A model generated the notes under the pieces. That model was not told the origin of the DNA. It was given only the letters and a program-made list of their open reading frames with translations, and made no database searches. Of a stretch of DNA of 64,000 nt, positions 26,478-35,965 are shown one piece after another. The stretch lies in the IMG/VR virus record IMGVR_UViG_3300028586_000750. The stretch is one strand, 5' to 3'. Made by a program: the position numbers and the translations under genes. The stretch comes from a virus. Numbering within the stretch: the stretch's first letter is position 1; every line of letters starts with the position of its first letter.

Positions 26478-26816
26478 ATGTCAAACTTACTTTTAATTGA
26501 TTACCGTCGTTCATTCCTTGATGGACGTGACCATATCCAAGCTCATGATAGTAAAACAGCTATTGAACTTCTTACTAAACATGAAGGTAAGATTAATAGC
26601 ATCTGGATGGATTATGATATGGGTCCAGGTGATGACATTAAAATTGTTCTTAATTTCCTTACTTTACGCGCTAAGTTAGGTATGGCTTATCCTGTTAAAG
26701 TTATCAACGTTCATGCGCCAAGTGAGATTGGTTGGCAAGTTATTAGTAGCAAACTTAAACCAGCTAAATATATTGTCCGTAGAGAAACAATTCGTGATAC
26801 TTTAGGTGCATATTAA
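26478..26816 (+). CDS. Cyclic-phosphate-processing receiver-domain-like protein
   Basis: LLIDYRR...AIELL...IWMDYDMG...VHAPSEIG resembles the LDD..SLDHDLG..HS.N..G family. Confidence 0.6.
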   Translation: MSNLLLIDYRRSFLDGRDHIQAHDSKTAIELLTKHEGKINSIWMDYDMGPGDDIKIVLNFLTLRAKLGMAYPVKVINVHAPSEIGWQVISSKLKPAKYIVRRETIRDTLGAY

Positions 26817-26927
26817 AAATGTGGTGACACTCAATTGAGTGTCACCACATTTTTGTTTGGACTTTAAAATCAACATAATATATGCTAGACTGTTTGTATA
26901 TTATTGTTCGCTCAAACATAGGAAAAC

Positions 26928-27461
26928 ATGCTTCCCTCAGCTATTTTAGCTTCTGCTGCTGCATCCACTAATGGTGGTTTCCAGCCTTTCACCCCCGTAG
27001 ACACATCTGTTCCCTTCTTCACATGGAATATTGTAACTATTATCATTACAGTAATTCTAGTGCTTATCGCTATATTTGGTATTTTTATCATTTTTGTAGA
27101 CGGTGATGAATTTGGTGGCCTTATTCTCATGTGTGTTGCAATTGCATTTTTTCTAACTCATTTTATTGCTAGTGGTATCGCTAGCACTAAAGTGGATGAC
27201 CCTAACCCTGGTAATGAGAAAAAAGACATAGCAAAATATGAGACATGGCTTGAAGACCGTCACGGTTTTACTGATTTGCCTGACAATCTAGTTAAAGAAC
27301 TTTATGATGGTGATGAAGTCACAATTGTGAATGTTGGTAAAGTAACAATGGTTGAACAAGAAAAGAACACATTCTACCTTGTTTATGTTGACACTTCAAA
27401 AGAACTACCTGTAACTGGTAACACAACGAATAAACCAGAAGACCCAGAAGTTAACTGGTAA
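26928..27461 (+). CDS. Two-TM membrane protein (family with 18680 and 35371)
   Basis: TM pair then YETWLEDRHGFTDL..ELY. Confidence 0.75.
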   Translation: MLPSAILASAAASTNGGFQPFTPVDTSVPFFTWNIVTIIITVILVLIAIFGIFIIFVDGDEFGGLILMCVAIAFFLTHFIASGIASTKVDDPNPGNEKKDIAKYETWLEDRHGFTDLPDNLVKELYDGDEVTIVNVGKVTMVEQEKNTFYLVYVDTSKELPVTGNTTNKPEDPEVNW

Positions 27462-27528
27462 ACTTAACCACCGAAATGGGATTAACCTTAAAATGAGGTT
27501 AATCCCATTTTCATGTTAAATTTGAAAT

Positions 27529-27792
27529 ATGGAAGCAGTTTTAACATGGATAACACCAGTCTGTATAGTTATCTCAATATTGATACTTACAGGCGGCTTA
27601 TTCAATACAATTATTGGCCGCAGAACCTTTTCATACTTCCTTAGCATACTTTTTATGGCAGCTATGATAGCGCTATTGCCTTTTGGGCTTCAAATGATGA
27701 CTGATCTAAGTTCAGGTTTAACAGACGGTCCTAGCAGCACCCCTACCCCAACCCCTGAGTTACCTACAACTCCTGGCGGATACAACTGGTAA
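27529..27792 (+). CDS. Small two-TM protein with Pro/Thr tail
   Basis: Hydropathy pattern. Confidence 0.65.
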   Translation: MEAVLTWITPVCIVISILILTGGLFNTIIGRRTFSYFLSILFMAAMIALLPFGLQMMTDLSSGLTDGPSSTPTPTPELPTTPGGYNW

Positions 27793-27801
27793 AACAACAA
27801 A

Positions 27802-28122
27802 ATGAACCTATTAGAGCATCGTCAAAACACTGGGTATTTTATCATGCCCTATACTTCACCTAATGATAGCAAAGGCTACCTAAATACAGCCCATATGAGC
27901 GCTCTGTGCGCCTCTCAGCCATGCGCAGTGCATGGACACCCATCCGCGCATTCTTTGAAAGATGCGCCCTTAGAATGGAATGTAGAGCTTTGTATCTTAG
28001 AACGTATTTGCGAACACGGGAACCATCATCCCGATTTTGATAGTGCTCAATATTTACATGCTATAGGTAAAGAAAACAGCAACCGCCACATTTGTGATGG
28101 TTGCTGTAACGTTCAACAATAG
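27802..28122 (+). CDS. Cys/His-rich putative zinc-binding protein
   Basis: CASQPCAVH...ERICEHGNHHPD...CDGCC. Confidence 0.7.
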   Translation: MNLLEHRQNTGYFIMPYTSPNDSKGYLNTAHMSALCASQPCAVHGHPSAHSLKDAPLEWNVELCILERICEHGNHHPDFDSAQYLHAIGKENSNRHICDGCCNVQQ

Positions 28123-28123
28123 T

Positions 28124-28552
28124 TTAAATAGAATAAACCTGATATGCCATTCGGGTTAGCTCATCATTTGTGAAATCTTCAAACTTCGTATCGCTAGAAT
28201 ACTCGTAGGTTTCACTGGACGACTCGCCCCATTCATCTTCTGCACAGACAGTATGAACTGAAATACGGTTGTCACGGTAAACGTGTACAAATGTTTCGTC
28301 GGTTGTGTGAATGTCATCACCCTCGTCATCAGGAACCTCATATCCCTGGTGGTCCACATAAAAGCTAATTTCAATCTCATCAGCATTACGGGAAATGCTA
28401 GGATTAATACTAGGGGACATAGAAAGTAGGGGTTTCATGTGTCCAAGATAATCAGCAATAAGTGTCATAAAAACAATCATAAACCTCTCGCACGATAAAA
28501 GCAAGATTAGAATGGAAATACCCTCAACTTTACTAGTTGAGGGTATTTCCAT
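28124..28552 (-). CDS. Hypothetical acidic protein (start uncertain)
   Basis: ORF track; downstream Met likely the real start. Confidence 0.6.
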   Translation of the reverse strand: MEIPSTSKVEGISILILLLSCERFMIVFMTLIADYLGHMKPLLSMSPSINPSISRNADEIEISFYVDHQGYEVPDDEGDDIHTTDETFVHVYRDNRISVHTVCAEDEWGESSSETYEYSSDTKFEDFTNDELTRMAYQVYSI

Positions 28553-29061
28553 TAAATAATTTTTAGACGGTTAATAAAATCATCAACAGGATACTGAACA
28601 CCCCAGTTATAATCCTGATAAACCGTAAAGTTTGGTACACGTTCTTTAGGGGTAGTCTTATTTACTTCTTTTTGCCATGCATCCAAACTATCAAAAACAG
28701 TTACTTTTGAATGTGACTTAACCGCTTCAATATGGAAACCCTGTTCATCAGAAGCTTTAAGCGCATCACTAAGGTGCTTAAACAAACCTACTGTGCGTGC
28801 ACCCATTCCAAAACCGGCATCATCAATTTGCGTTACCTCAAAATATTCAATTCCTGTCTCATCAAACTGCAATTCAACAAGTTTGTATTCTTTTAAGGAT
28901 GCGGAACTTTTCTGCTTTTCTTGAAGATAAGAATAGTCACCAGCAAGATGAATGACATGGTTGAACGTTTTTATGTCATGCCAACTAATGGCAGTCTTGC
29001 CGTCAACATCTGTAGTAAGAAGTTGAGGAAGAATTAATCCATAAAAAGTGTTGGCAGACAT
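28552..29061 (-). CDS. Hypothetical protein
   Basis: 169-aa ORF. Confidence 0.7.
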   Translation of the reverse strand: MSANTFYGLILPQLLTTDVDGKTAISWHDIKTFNHVIHLAGDYSYLQEKQKSSASLKEYKLVELQFDETGIEYFEVTQIDDAGFGMGARTVGLFKHLSDALKASDEQGFHIEAVKSHSKVTVFDSLDAWQKEVNKTTPKERVPNFTVYQDYNWGVQYPVDDFINRLKII

Positions 29062-29096
29062 TTGGGTTCTTTCGTATTAATGATGTTATCGGGTAT

Positions 29097-29441
29097 TTAC
29101 CACTTAGGGAAATCAGCGTACTGGTCAGTCATTACCTGAAGGATGGTCATTGCGTTTTCGTAGTTCCCAGCGATATCAAAGATACGCTGTGCCTTATTTT
29201 CCCACTGCTGGTGCTCTTCTGCACGGAAACGCTCTGGACGCTGGTTGTAAGCGTACTCGCCTTGCCAGTAGCAACCTCCACCACCAGGACGCTTAGCAAA
29301 GCAAAGCTGCTCATGCATAGCTTCTGCAAGCCTCTGAACGGGGGTTAGAGCCTGCTTTGCGTCAAGTACCGCCTGAGCCTCGTCAAGCCGAGTCTGAAGC
29401 TCAGCAACGGTCTTGGCCGCGTTATCTACTACATCATACAT
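29097..29441 (-). CDS. Hypothetical protein
   Basis: 114-aa ORF with C/A-rich leader. Confidence 0.75.
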   Translation of the reverse strand: MYDVVDNAAKTVAELQTRLDEAQAVLDAKQALTPVQRLAEAMHEQLCFAKRPGGGGCYWQGEYAYNQRPERFRAEEHQQWENKAQRIFDIAGNYENAMTILQVMTDQYADFPKW

Positions 29442-29612
29442 TTTGTTGCTTCTCTCTTGTTGTTGTTATTTAGCGCCGAGCGTTCAAGTAACCTCGGTCT
29501 TCCTTATAAAATAAACACTACACCTATTTCTTTGAGAATGCAACACCATGAACCGATATTTATTGTGAACTCCAAATAAGATTTATGACCTATAAATTGA
29601 CTATACAGAAAC

Positions 29613-29948
29613 GTGACAATGGCAAAAGACATTCAATATAAATTTTTCTTAACAGAAGATACTGAACATAAATCTTTTGGTTGGGTTGTAGCTCAATCGC
29701 AAGTGGATGACCATGAAATTTATGCGTATTTACCTTTAGAAAACTCTTGGCACCGCGTGTTCTTCTTAGAGAACGAATTTTATAGCAGCTATGACAAATT
29801 GCTTGAACCTGAACTTAAATTTAGACCCCTTGCCCCTAAAGATGTTAAGGATGCAGTTTTGTCAATTCCTGAGGACCATCACCGAAACATGAGTTATTGG
29901 GCAGCGCAAGATATTGGTTATGAAGAAACAATTGATTTAGTTCTTTAA
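29613..29948 (+). CDS. Hypothetical protein
   Basis: 111-aa ORF. Confidence 0.7.
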   Translation: MTMAKDIQYKFFLTEDTEHKSFGWVVAQSQVDDHEIYAYLPLENSWHRVFFLENEFYSSYDKLLEPELKFRPLAPKDVKDAVLSIPEDHHRNMSYWAAQDIGYEETIDLVL

Positions 29949-30129
29949 ATGTCAGTGGCCAGTCTTATCCTTATGGTATGAAAACAATTATGGAAATCAA
30001 TATTCGCCGTGGAGTTCTTCTTTCATTAATTAAACACACTGAAGATAATGAAGATTGGATTGCTTTTACCAGCGAACTACGTGCACTTGATTGGGTTCTT
30101 GGTACGGCCCAAAAGTAAAAGTTTTAAAC

Positions 30130-30164
30130 AAAATGTCCCCCACTAAAATAGTGGGGGACATTTT
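30130..30164. repeat. Palindrome-family variant / terminator of sipW operon
   Basis: aaaatgtcccccacta-aaa-tagtgggggacatttt. Confidence 0.8.
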
Positions 30165-30166
30165 TA

Positions 30167-31072
30167 TTACACAAGCTTATGTTTAGGATTACCACTTCGT
30201 GTGATGTGCCTTGGTGGAACAATAATGGTAGTGTCAGATTCAACTGGTTCCTCTTTTAAATCACGACCAGTTTTTCTAGCCCATACTGCGTAAAGTGCAC
30301 AAAACAAAGTGGGTGTTAACCAAACTGCAACAAGCAGAACCCAGTTATGGAAACTTAGATGAGGTTGAAGTAACACATTGTAATAACCATCATCATTTGC
30401 GTAAGATGAAACAACAGAAACTAGTTCACCAGGTGACGAAATACTACTAGTTCCTTTTTCAGCGGTTCCTTGAATATCAAAAATACCTGTTCCTACAAAC
30501 AAAGTAGTAGCATTATCATCTTTTACTGATTGACTAATCAAAGATGCGTTGAAATAAGGTTTTGTAATTAAAGCTGCTACAGAAATTAGTAAGTACCAAC
30601 CCATTACGCGAATAGGAAAACGGTAATATCGTGCACTAAAGTAGCTGGTAATTAAATGTAGAACTAAACCACCTACAATGAGTAATGGAAGTACGCGTAG
30701 TAAGAAACCAAGATTTTTCACATGTAGTAACTCTTGGCCAACTATTTGGTCTTGAGTGCTTACAACCCAAGGATCAACAGAGCCATTAAGGTCACCTTTA
30801 GTTTTTAAACCTTCATCCGTGACTTCATGAACACGGTGAAAGAATGTTGATTCTGTACCGGGAGGATGAAAAGCGAGAGTATCCCCAACAGACAAATCTT
30901 TAATTTGCACAGGCTTACTAATAACAAATGTGCCTACTGGTGAATATGTACCCATTGATGGTGTTTCAACAATAAAAGTACGTAATCCGTTAGCGTAGCC
31001 TAGACCAATAGCAGTGAGAGCCGCTAAAAGAACTAAAGCTGTAATTTTGAAAGTCAAACTTAAATTTCTCAT
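30167..31072 (-). CDS. sipW: SipW-like (ER-type S26B) signal peptidase I with extra C-terminal TM helices
   Basis: VETPSMG (Ser), FFHRV (His), KTKGDLNGSVDPW; start overlaps upstream stop (TAATG). Confidence 0.8.
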   Translation of the reverse strand: MRNLSLTFKITALVLLAALTAIGLGYANGLRTFIVETPSMGTYSPVGTFVISKPVQIKDLSVGDTLAFHPPGTESTFFHRVHEVTDEGLKTKGDLNGSVDPWVVSTQDQIVGQELLHVKNLGFLLRVLPLLIVGGLVLHLITSYFSARYYRFPIRVMGWYLLISVAALITKPYFNASLISQSVKDDNATTLFVGTGIFDIQGTAEKGTSSISSPGELVSVVSSYANDDGYYNVLLQPHLSFHNWVLLVAVWLTPTLFCALYAVWARKTGRDLKEEPVESDTTIIVPPRHITRSGNPKHKLV

Positions 31073-32496
31073 TAGATTACCGTCACATTTCCACGCCAAG
31101 TAAACGTAGTATTTTGGAAACCTTTTTGTGTAATCACAATAGGTACAGATAATTTAAGACCTGTATCAAAGTCACTATTGTAGTTATCGTTTCTTTGAAT
31201 TTGGACAGTTATTCTTTGTGTTGAACCAGGCGCAGGGGACACCATAGGAACAGCAGCGGCAGCAGCAAGTTCGCTTACGTTTTTAGATAAAGCTCCACAA
31301 GGTGCTGCGCCATTGTATGGGAAGATACAGCTAGTAGTTGTCCCGACAGAAATGTTTACATGTGTGCAAGGGTTTGACGCACCAATCACAGGGTATGGAC
31401 CAGCATAAGTAACTGTACCTGTGTCAGTGAAATACCAATAACTTTGTGGGCCAAAAGCTAACACACGTGAAGAATAAGTGTTGAATGTAGTTGCGCTGTA
31501 AAGGTTAGTAACGTTAGCAGCAGTGTAAACGGAAGGTTGCACTGCAAAGTTAGATACTGAACCTTTGAAGGTAGTACCAGAACCAGAGAAACCATCTGCT
31601 GTTGTAATGTTACCCTGACCGACATGCCAGTAACCATTAGCTGTTGCACGAGCAACAGTAGGTGTGTCATGGGTCGCGCTTGCAACAACTGCACCATCAA
31701 CGTAAAGAGTTGTTTGTGATGTTGATGTAGTAACGTTTGATTGCGCTGTCGCAACAACATGGTGCCAACCGTTATTTGCATAATTTACACCTGATGATGT
31801 GATTGTTCTTGCAGAACCTGAAAAGGTTGAGAAAGCTAATGAACCATTTGAAGTAAAGTATACAGACCTGTCATAAAGACCACTAATTTTGTCACTAGCT
31901 GCGGGTGACCAGCTAAATAGCGCACCAGAGGCAGTGTCAGTTTTGAACCACATACTTAGTGAAAAGTTTTGTAGTGGTGCAGTAGGGTTAATATTGATTA
32001 GTGAACTAGCGTTGTTACCATTCAAACGAATTGAGTTGTTTGAATATGAAAGCTTATCTGGTCCTGGTTGATTAAATGATGTTGACCCACGAGAAAGCAT
32101 AGGGTTAGCAGCGTTTCTATTGTCTGCAACACTAACTGGGCCACATGACCTTGCTTTATATGTTGAGCTAATCGCGCCCATTGTTCCGGGGTTGCTAAGG
32201 TCAACATTACTTGTACCTAGTGCAGCAGTAGGTACTGATGGGAACTGGTCACTTGAACAAACAAAGGAATCTGTATCATCAATTTTGTTTGATGATGGTT
32301 CTGATGTGCATTGTGTGGTTCCTTCGCGTGCTGCTTTAAGGAAAAGAGTTCCTGAACCAAAACTGTTTGTGGGGTTGTTAATTGAACCGGTGAAGCCGCT
32401 TTGTGCGCCGCTGTTCGCTACAACTAAAGAAACCGTCAAGAAAGCAACAACAAACAATGAAGTAATTGTAAGTGTTGCTTTCTTGACGGTTAACAT
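31072..32496 (-). CDS. Secreted TasA-like protein with LamG/concanavalin-like domain
   Basis: Signal peptide then AQSGFTGSINNPTNSFGSGTL; FSLSMWFKT..NNGWHHVVAT..LYVDG. Confidence 0.8.
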   Translation of the reverse strand: MLTVKKATLTITSLFVVAFLTVSLVVANSGAQSGFTGSINNPTNSFGSGTLFLKAAREGTTQCTSEPSSNKIDDTDSFVCSSDQFPSVPTAALGTSNVDLSNPGTMGAISSTYKARSCGPVSVADNRNAANPMLSRGSTSFNQPGPDKLSYSNNSIRLNGNNASSLININPTAPLQNFSLSMWFKTDTASGALFSWSPAASDKISGLYDRSVYFTSNGSLAFSTFSGSARTITSSGVNYANNGWHHVVATAQSNVTTSTSQTTLYVDGAVVASATHDTPTVARATANGYWHVGQGNITTADGFSGSGTTFKGSVSNFAVQPSVYTAANVTNLYSATTFNTYSSRVLAFGPQSYWYFTDTGTVTYAGPYPVIGASNPCTHVNISVGTTTSCIFPYNGAAPCGALSKNVSELAAAAAVPMVSPAPGSTQRITVQIQRNDNYNSDFDTGLKLSVPIVITQKGFQNTTFTWRGNVTVI

Positions 32497-32533
32497 TCTG
32501 AACCCTTTCAGAGTTTTGGTTTAAGTATTTCTA

Positions 32534-33217
32534 TTAGGAAGAGAAAGACCAGGTTAGGCTTTGTGAAGCAGCTAGACCTTGATGAGCATTAGTGGTACTT
32601 GCCTGGTCAATTTGTAGGAAGAAGTCGTATACGCGACTTGCGCCTGGTGCTAGTGGAGCCTCTAAGGTTAGAGGGGTTGAGCTAATGTTAGCTAGTGTTA
32701 GACCGTTCTCAGGCCCTACAGCACAAGCAGAAGCTGATGCTGGTACGACACACTTTGGAGAAGCAGTTGTGCTGTCCTGAAGGGCAACATTGATTTTGCT
32801 ACAGAAATCTGTTGCAGTACCGTTCTTTGGCCCATTGTTGCTTTGTGTGCAAACACCAGGAGTTAGTGTGAATGAGTTAGCTGTTGTGGTACCAGCGTTC
32901 TTGATGGTTACTGTAGTTTTAACAATTTCACCGGGAGTATGGTTCATACCGCCACCGAATTTGTTAATTTGTGGACAAGTACCAGCATTAGAAGCGGTAA
33001 TTCCTGCATCAGATGATAGACAGGTAACAGCAGCTTGAGATTCGGACATAAGAAGCGTACCGGAACCAAAAGTGTTGTTGGGGTTATTAATACTAGCGGT
33101 GAAGCCAGATTGTGCGGGGACAAAAGCGAATGCCGCAATAACAGTAGCTAAAACTCCTAGAAGAATTGCTAGTGGTAGTGAGTAGCGTCTTGCTTTTGGC
33201 ATTACATGTGTAGACAT
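32534..33217 (-). CDS. Secreted TasA/camelysin-like SipW-cognate protein
   Basis: Signal peptide then AQSGFTASINNPNNTFGSGTL; PGE...TVTIKNAGT; N..QG..S..LTW. Confidence 0.8.
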   Translation of the reverse strand: MSTHVMPKARRYSLPLAILLGVLATVIAAFAFVPAQSGFTASINNPNNTFGSGTLLMSESQAAVTCLSSDAGITASNAGTCPQINKFGGGMNHTPGEIVKTTVTIKNAGTTTANSFTLTPGVCTQSNNGPKNGTATDFCSKINVALQDSTTASPKCVVPASASACAVGPENGLTLANISSTPLTLEAPLAPGASRVYDFFLQIDQASTTNAHQGLAASQSLTWSFSS

Positions 33218-33678
33218 ATTTATACCTTTCTGATTACCCTTCCGTGGGTAATGGGTTCATGATTAATTTATTATTAGTCGGGTTTGTTTCTGTGATCTGT
33301 GATGAATTTAACTTTCTCTATATCACAGGGGAAATAGAGAAAGACGCAAGCTCATCTTTGCGCCTTATTTTCAGTGTAACATACATGTTAAATGTTACTA
33401 GTCCCCAGTTAGGGGGACATTGTATGCACGCGCATGTTTTACCAAATTCAATATAGCATACTTCCCATTGTGAAATCAAATTTTATTTAAAATAACCTCA
33501 CTTCATACTTCGAAATCACCCGCTAATACCCTAAACATCAATTTATAGCAACGCAAAATTCTGTTTTAAAAGCAAAAGATAACAAAAGATAACAGATATA
33601 CAAGAATACTTTACGGTCAAACTATGTATTTAGAAATAACGGATATACCTATTAAGTGAACATCACGAAAAGGTCTAT

Positions 33679-34167
33679 ATGTTAAATAGAATAAAAGAAA
33701 TACGTTCTGCTAAGCCAGAAGAGGGATTTACCCTCATTGAACTAATGATTGTTGTGGTAATCATTGGCATCTTAGCTGCTATTGCTATTCCTATTTTCGC
33801 TAACCAACAAAAAGCTACTATTGACGCACGTACAAAAAGCGATATTAAGACAGCGCAATTAGCTGTCAGCACATGGGTTTCAAAAAATCCTCAATCTAAA
33901 ACATTTACGGACCAAGCTGGTAGTAATTCAATCTTAGCAAGCCAAAAGTATTCAGATGGCACACAAATTGCTATGTACGGCACTCCAATGGACTGGTGTG
34001 TAAGAGCATTCAACACTGATGGTAAAGAATTCAATGCATCTAATAGCTACGTTGTTTACAAATCTGTTTTAGGAAAAATGGGTCACGGTAACGAAATTGG
34101 TGTTGTTTCACAATCAAGCTGTTTCTCAGCAAATGGGTCAGTCACTATCGAATTAACAAATAGTTAA
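33679..34167 (+). CDS. Type IV pilin
   Basis: EEG|FTLIELMIVVVIIGILAAIAIP. Confidence 0.93.
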   Translation: MLNRIKEIRSAKPEEGFTLIELMIVVVIIGILAAIAIPIFANQQKATIDARTKSDIKTAQLAVSTWVSKNPQSKTFTDQAGSNSILASQKYSDGTQIAMYGTPMDWCVRAFNTDGKEFNASNSYVVYKSVLGKMGHGNEIGVVSQSSCFSANGSVTIELTNS

Positions 34168-34185
34168 TCATTATAAAGACAAATT

Positions 34186-34722
34186 ATGTTAAATAAATTT
34201 AAAGAAATGCGTTACGCTAAGTCCGAAGAGGGCTTCACTCTTATTGAGTTGATGATTGTTGTCGTAATTATTGGTATCCTAGCTGCGATTGCTATTCCTA
34301 TTTTTGCTAACCAACAAAAAGAAGCACAATTCGCTGCTGTAAAATCTGACGTTAAAAACGTTGTAACCATGGCAACAACCCAAAAGACTAAAACAGGTAA
34401 ATTCCCTACAACTTGTGCTCAATGGGATTCTGTAATGCCAAACAACTGGCGTTCAACTTCAACAGGTGGTATGGCTGCACGTGTATCACCAGATGGATTA
34501 AACCTTTGGGTAGAAGCACAACCTGTTGACCGTAACGCGGCCAAAACAGAAGCAGAAGAAGCATCATTCACTGCCGTATATGACTCTTCAAAATCTAGTG
34601 GTATTTTAACTCGCGCTCAATTTTCAAGCAAATATAACGTTTCTAACGTAGACCAAGCGCAAGCAATGGGTTACACCAATTCCGGAATTATTTTCGGAAC
34701 AGGTGCCTGCACAGCCTGGTAA
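34186..34722 (+). CDS. Type IV pilin
   Basis: EEG|FTLIELMIVVVIIGILAAIAIP; divergent C-terminal head. Confidence 0.93.
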   Translation: MLNKFKEMRYAKSEEGFTLIELMIVVVIIGILAAIAIPIFANQQKEAQFAAVKSDVKNVVTMATTQKTKTGKFPTTCAQWDSVMPNNWRSTSTGGMAARVSPDGLNLWVEAQPVDRNAAKTEAEEASFTAVYDSSKSSGILTRAQFSSKYNVSNVDQAQAMGYTNSGIIFGTGACTAW

Positions 34723-34736
34723 AACTTAACAAAACA

Positions 34737-34784
34737 ATAGATAAAGCGCCCCACCAGAATTAACTGGTGGGGCGCTTTATCTAT
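34737..34784. repeat. Palindrome family, core CCACCAG-AATTAA-CTGGTGG
   Basis: 21-bp perfect arms, convergent genes. Confidence 0.9.
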
Positions 34785-34787
34785 ATA

Positions 34788-35078
34788 TTACTTAGAAAAG
34801 ATATGCTTGATAAGTTTGGTAATAAGAGTATCTAGCTCTACCATATCAACGCTATCAACATACCCGTCTTCGTCAAGTTCGCCAGGAAGGTAACCTTGAC
34901 TGATAAGAGCCGCAGCAACATCATATTTCCAGCCGCTATTTCCAAAAGGACGTTTTCCTGAAAAACCTTCTTCTTCGTCCCATACCTTGATAAGAAGTTC
35001 CTGTAACATTTCTTTTACAGTAGCAACGCCTCTGAAATCCGTAAGAGGGGTTGCAAGAATTGCGTCATAGTTTGTCAA
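34788..35078 (-). CDS. Hypothetical phage protein
   Basis: EEEGFSGKRPFGNSGW motif. Confidence 0.75.
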   Translation of the reverse strand: MTNYDAILATPLTDFRGVATVKEMLQELLIKVWDEEEGFSGKRPFGNSGWKYDVAAALISQGYLPGELDEDGYVDSVDMVELDTLITKLIKHIFSK

Positions 35079-35094
35079 AGCTCTGAACCTACTG

Positions 35095-35214
35095 TTAGTT
35101 CTCTAGGTACTCGGCGAAGCTACCCAAGTCTACGGTGTCTCCGTTAGCTGACTGAGCTACCCCACGTTCTACAGAAGCGCGGGTTTCTGGTGAAAGGGTT
35201 TCACGGTTGGTCAT
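35095..35214 (-). CDS. Small protein, not in ORF track
   Basis: 39 aa MTNRETLSPETRASVERGVAQSANGDTVDLGSFAEYLEN; SD GGAG. Confidence 0.55.
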   Translation of the reverse strand: MTNRETLSPETRASVERGVAQSANGDTVDLGSFAEYLEN

Positions 35215-35370
35215 TTAAATAAACTCCAAGTTAATTACAATAGGCTTCAATGATGACATAAAGCTAACTTAAAGTCAAGCATTGTCCCTGTTAAAGATAA
35301 AATCTAAGAAGAAAAACAGTAATCTAGTATGATTGAAAAGTAACTTAAACATTAAGACAGAAAAGTATTT

Positions 35371-35928
35371 ATGAAAACAATATTGTCAGTAACTAACAAA
35401 ACCATTAATGATGAAATTACTGGTTATTACTCTAAGAAGCCAATTGATCTAACCGAACCATTGCCTTTAGCTTCATTAAGTACCTTAATTCATCAATACA
35501 ATCAAAAGAACCCCATTTTAGGTTTCAACTACATAGCAAAAAGCCGTTTGATGCTTACCCTTTCAATAGTGTTCATTGTAATCACTTTAGTTAGCTTCAT
35601 AGTAAATCCATCACATAGTTTAGGTTTAGTGACTTTATTTGGTTTGGTAAGTATAGCTTTTGGGTTTGCATACAGAAACTTCGAAACAATTACATATTTA
35701 ACAAAAAGCAAAGAAGCTAACAACCCACAAGATAAACTTAACCAACTTTATCTAAACAAAACTTTCCAAGAGAAATATAATCTCTGGATTAAAGAAAAAT
35801 ATAATGTAGAACCTTTAACACCAGAAGAATTTACACAATTATCTCAAACAAAATTTTTCATGAAAAACGGAAAAGTGTATGAAGAAATTATAGAAGACTT
35901 CAAACTAATCCGCTTAGAAGTTAGATAA
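35371..35928 (+). CDS. Two-TM membrane protein (family with 18680 and 26928)
   Basis: TM pair then YNLWIKEKYNVEPLTPEEFTQL. Confidence 0.75.
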   Translation: MKTILSVTNKTINDEITGYYSKKPIDLTEPLPLASLSTLIHQYNQKNPILGFNYIAKSRLMLTLSIVFIVITLVSFIVNPSHSLGLVTLFGLVSIAFGFAYRNFETITYLTKSKEANNPQDKLNQLYLNKTFQEKYNLWIKEKYNVEPLTPEEFTQLSQTKFFMKNGKVYEEIIEDFKLIRLEVR

Positions 35929-35965
35929 GTAATGCCCCAACTAAATTAGTTGGGGCATTACTTAT
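35925..35965. repeat. Palindrome carrying both convergent stop codons in mirror positions
   Basis: aTAAgtaatgccccaacta-aat-tagttggggcattacTTAt. Confidence 0.9.
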
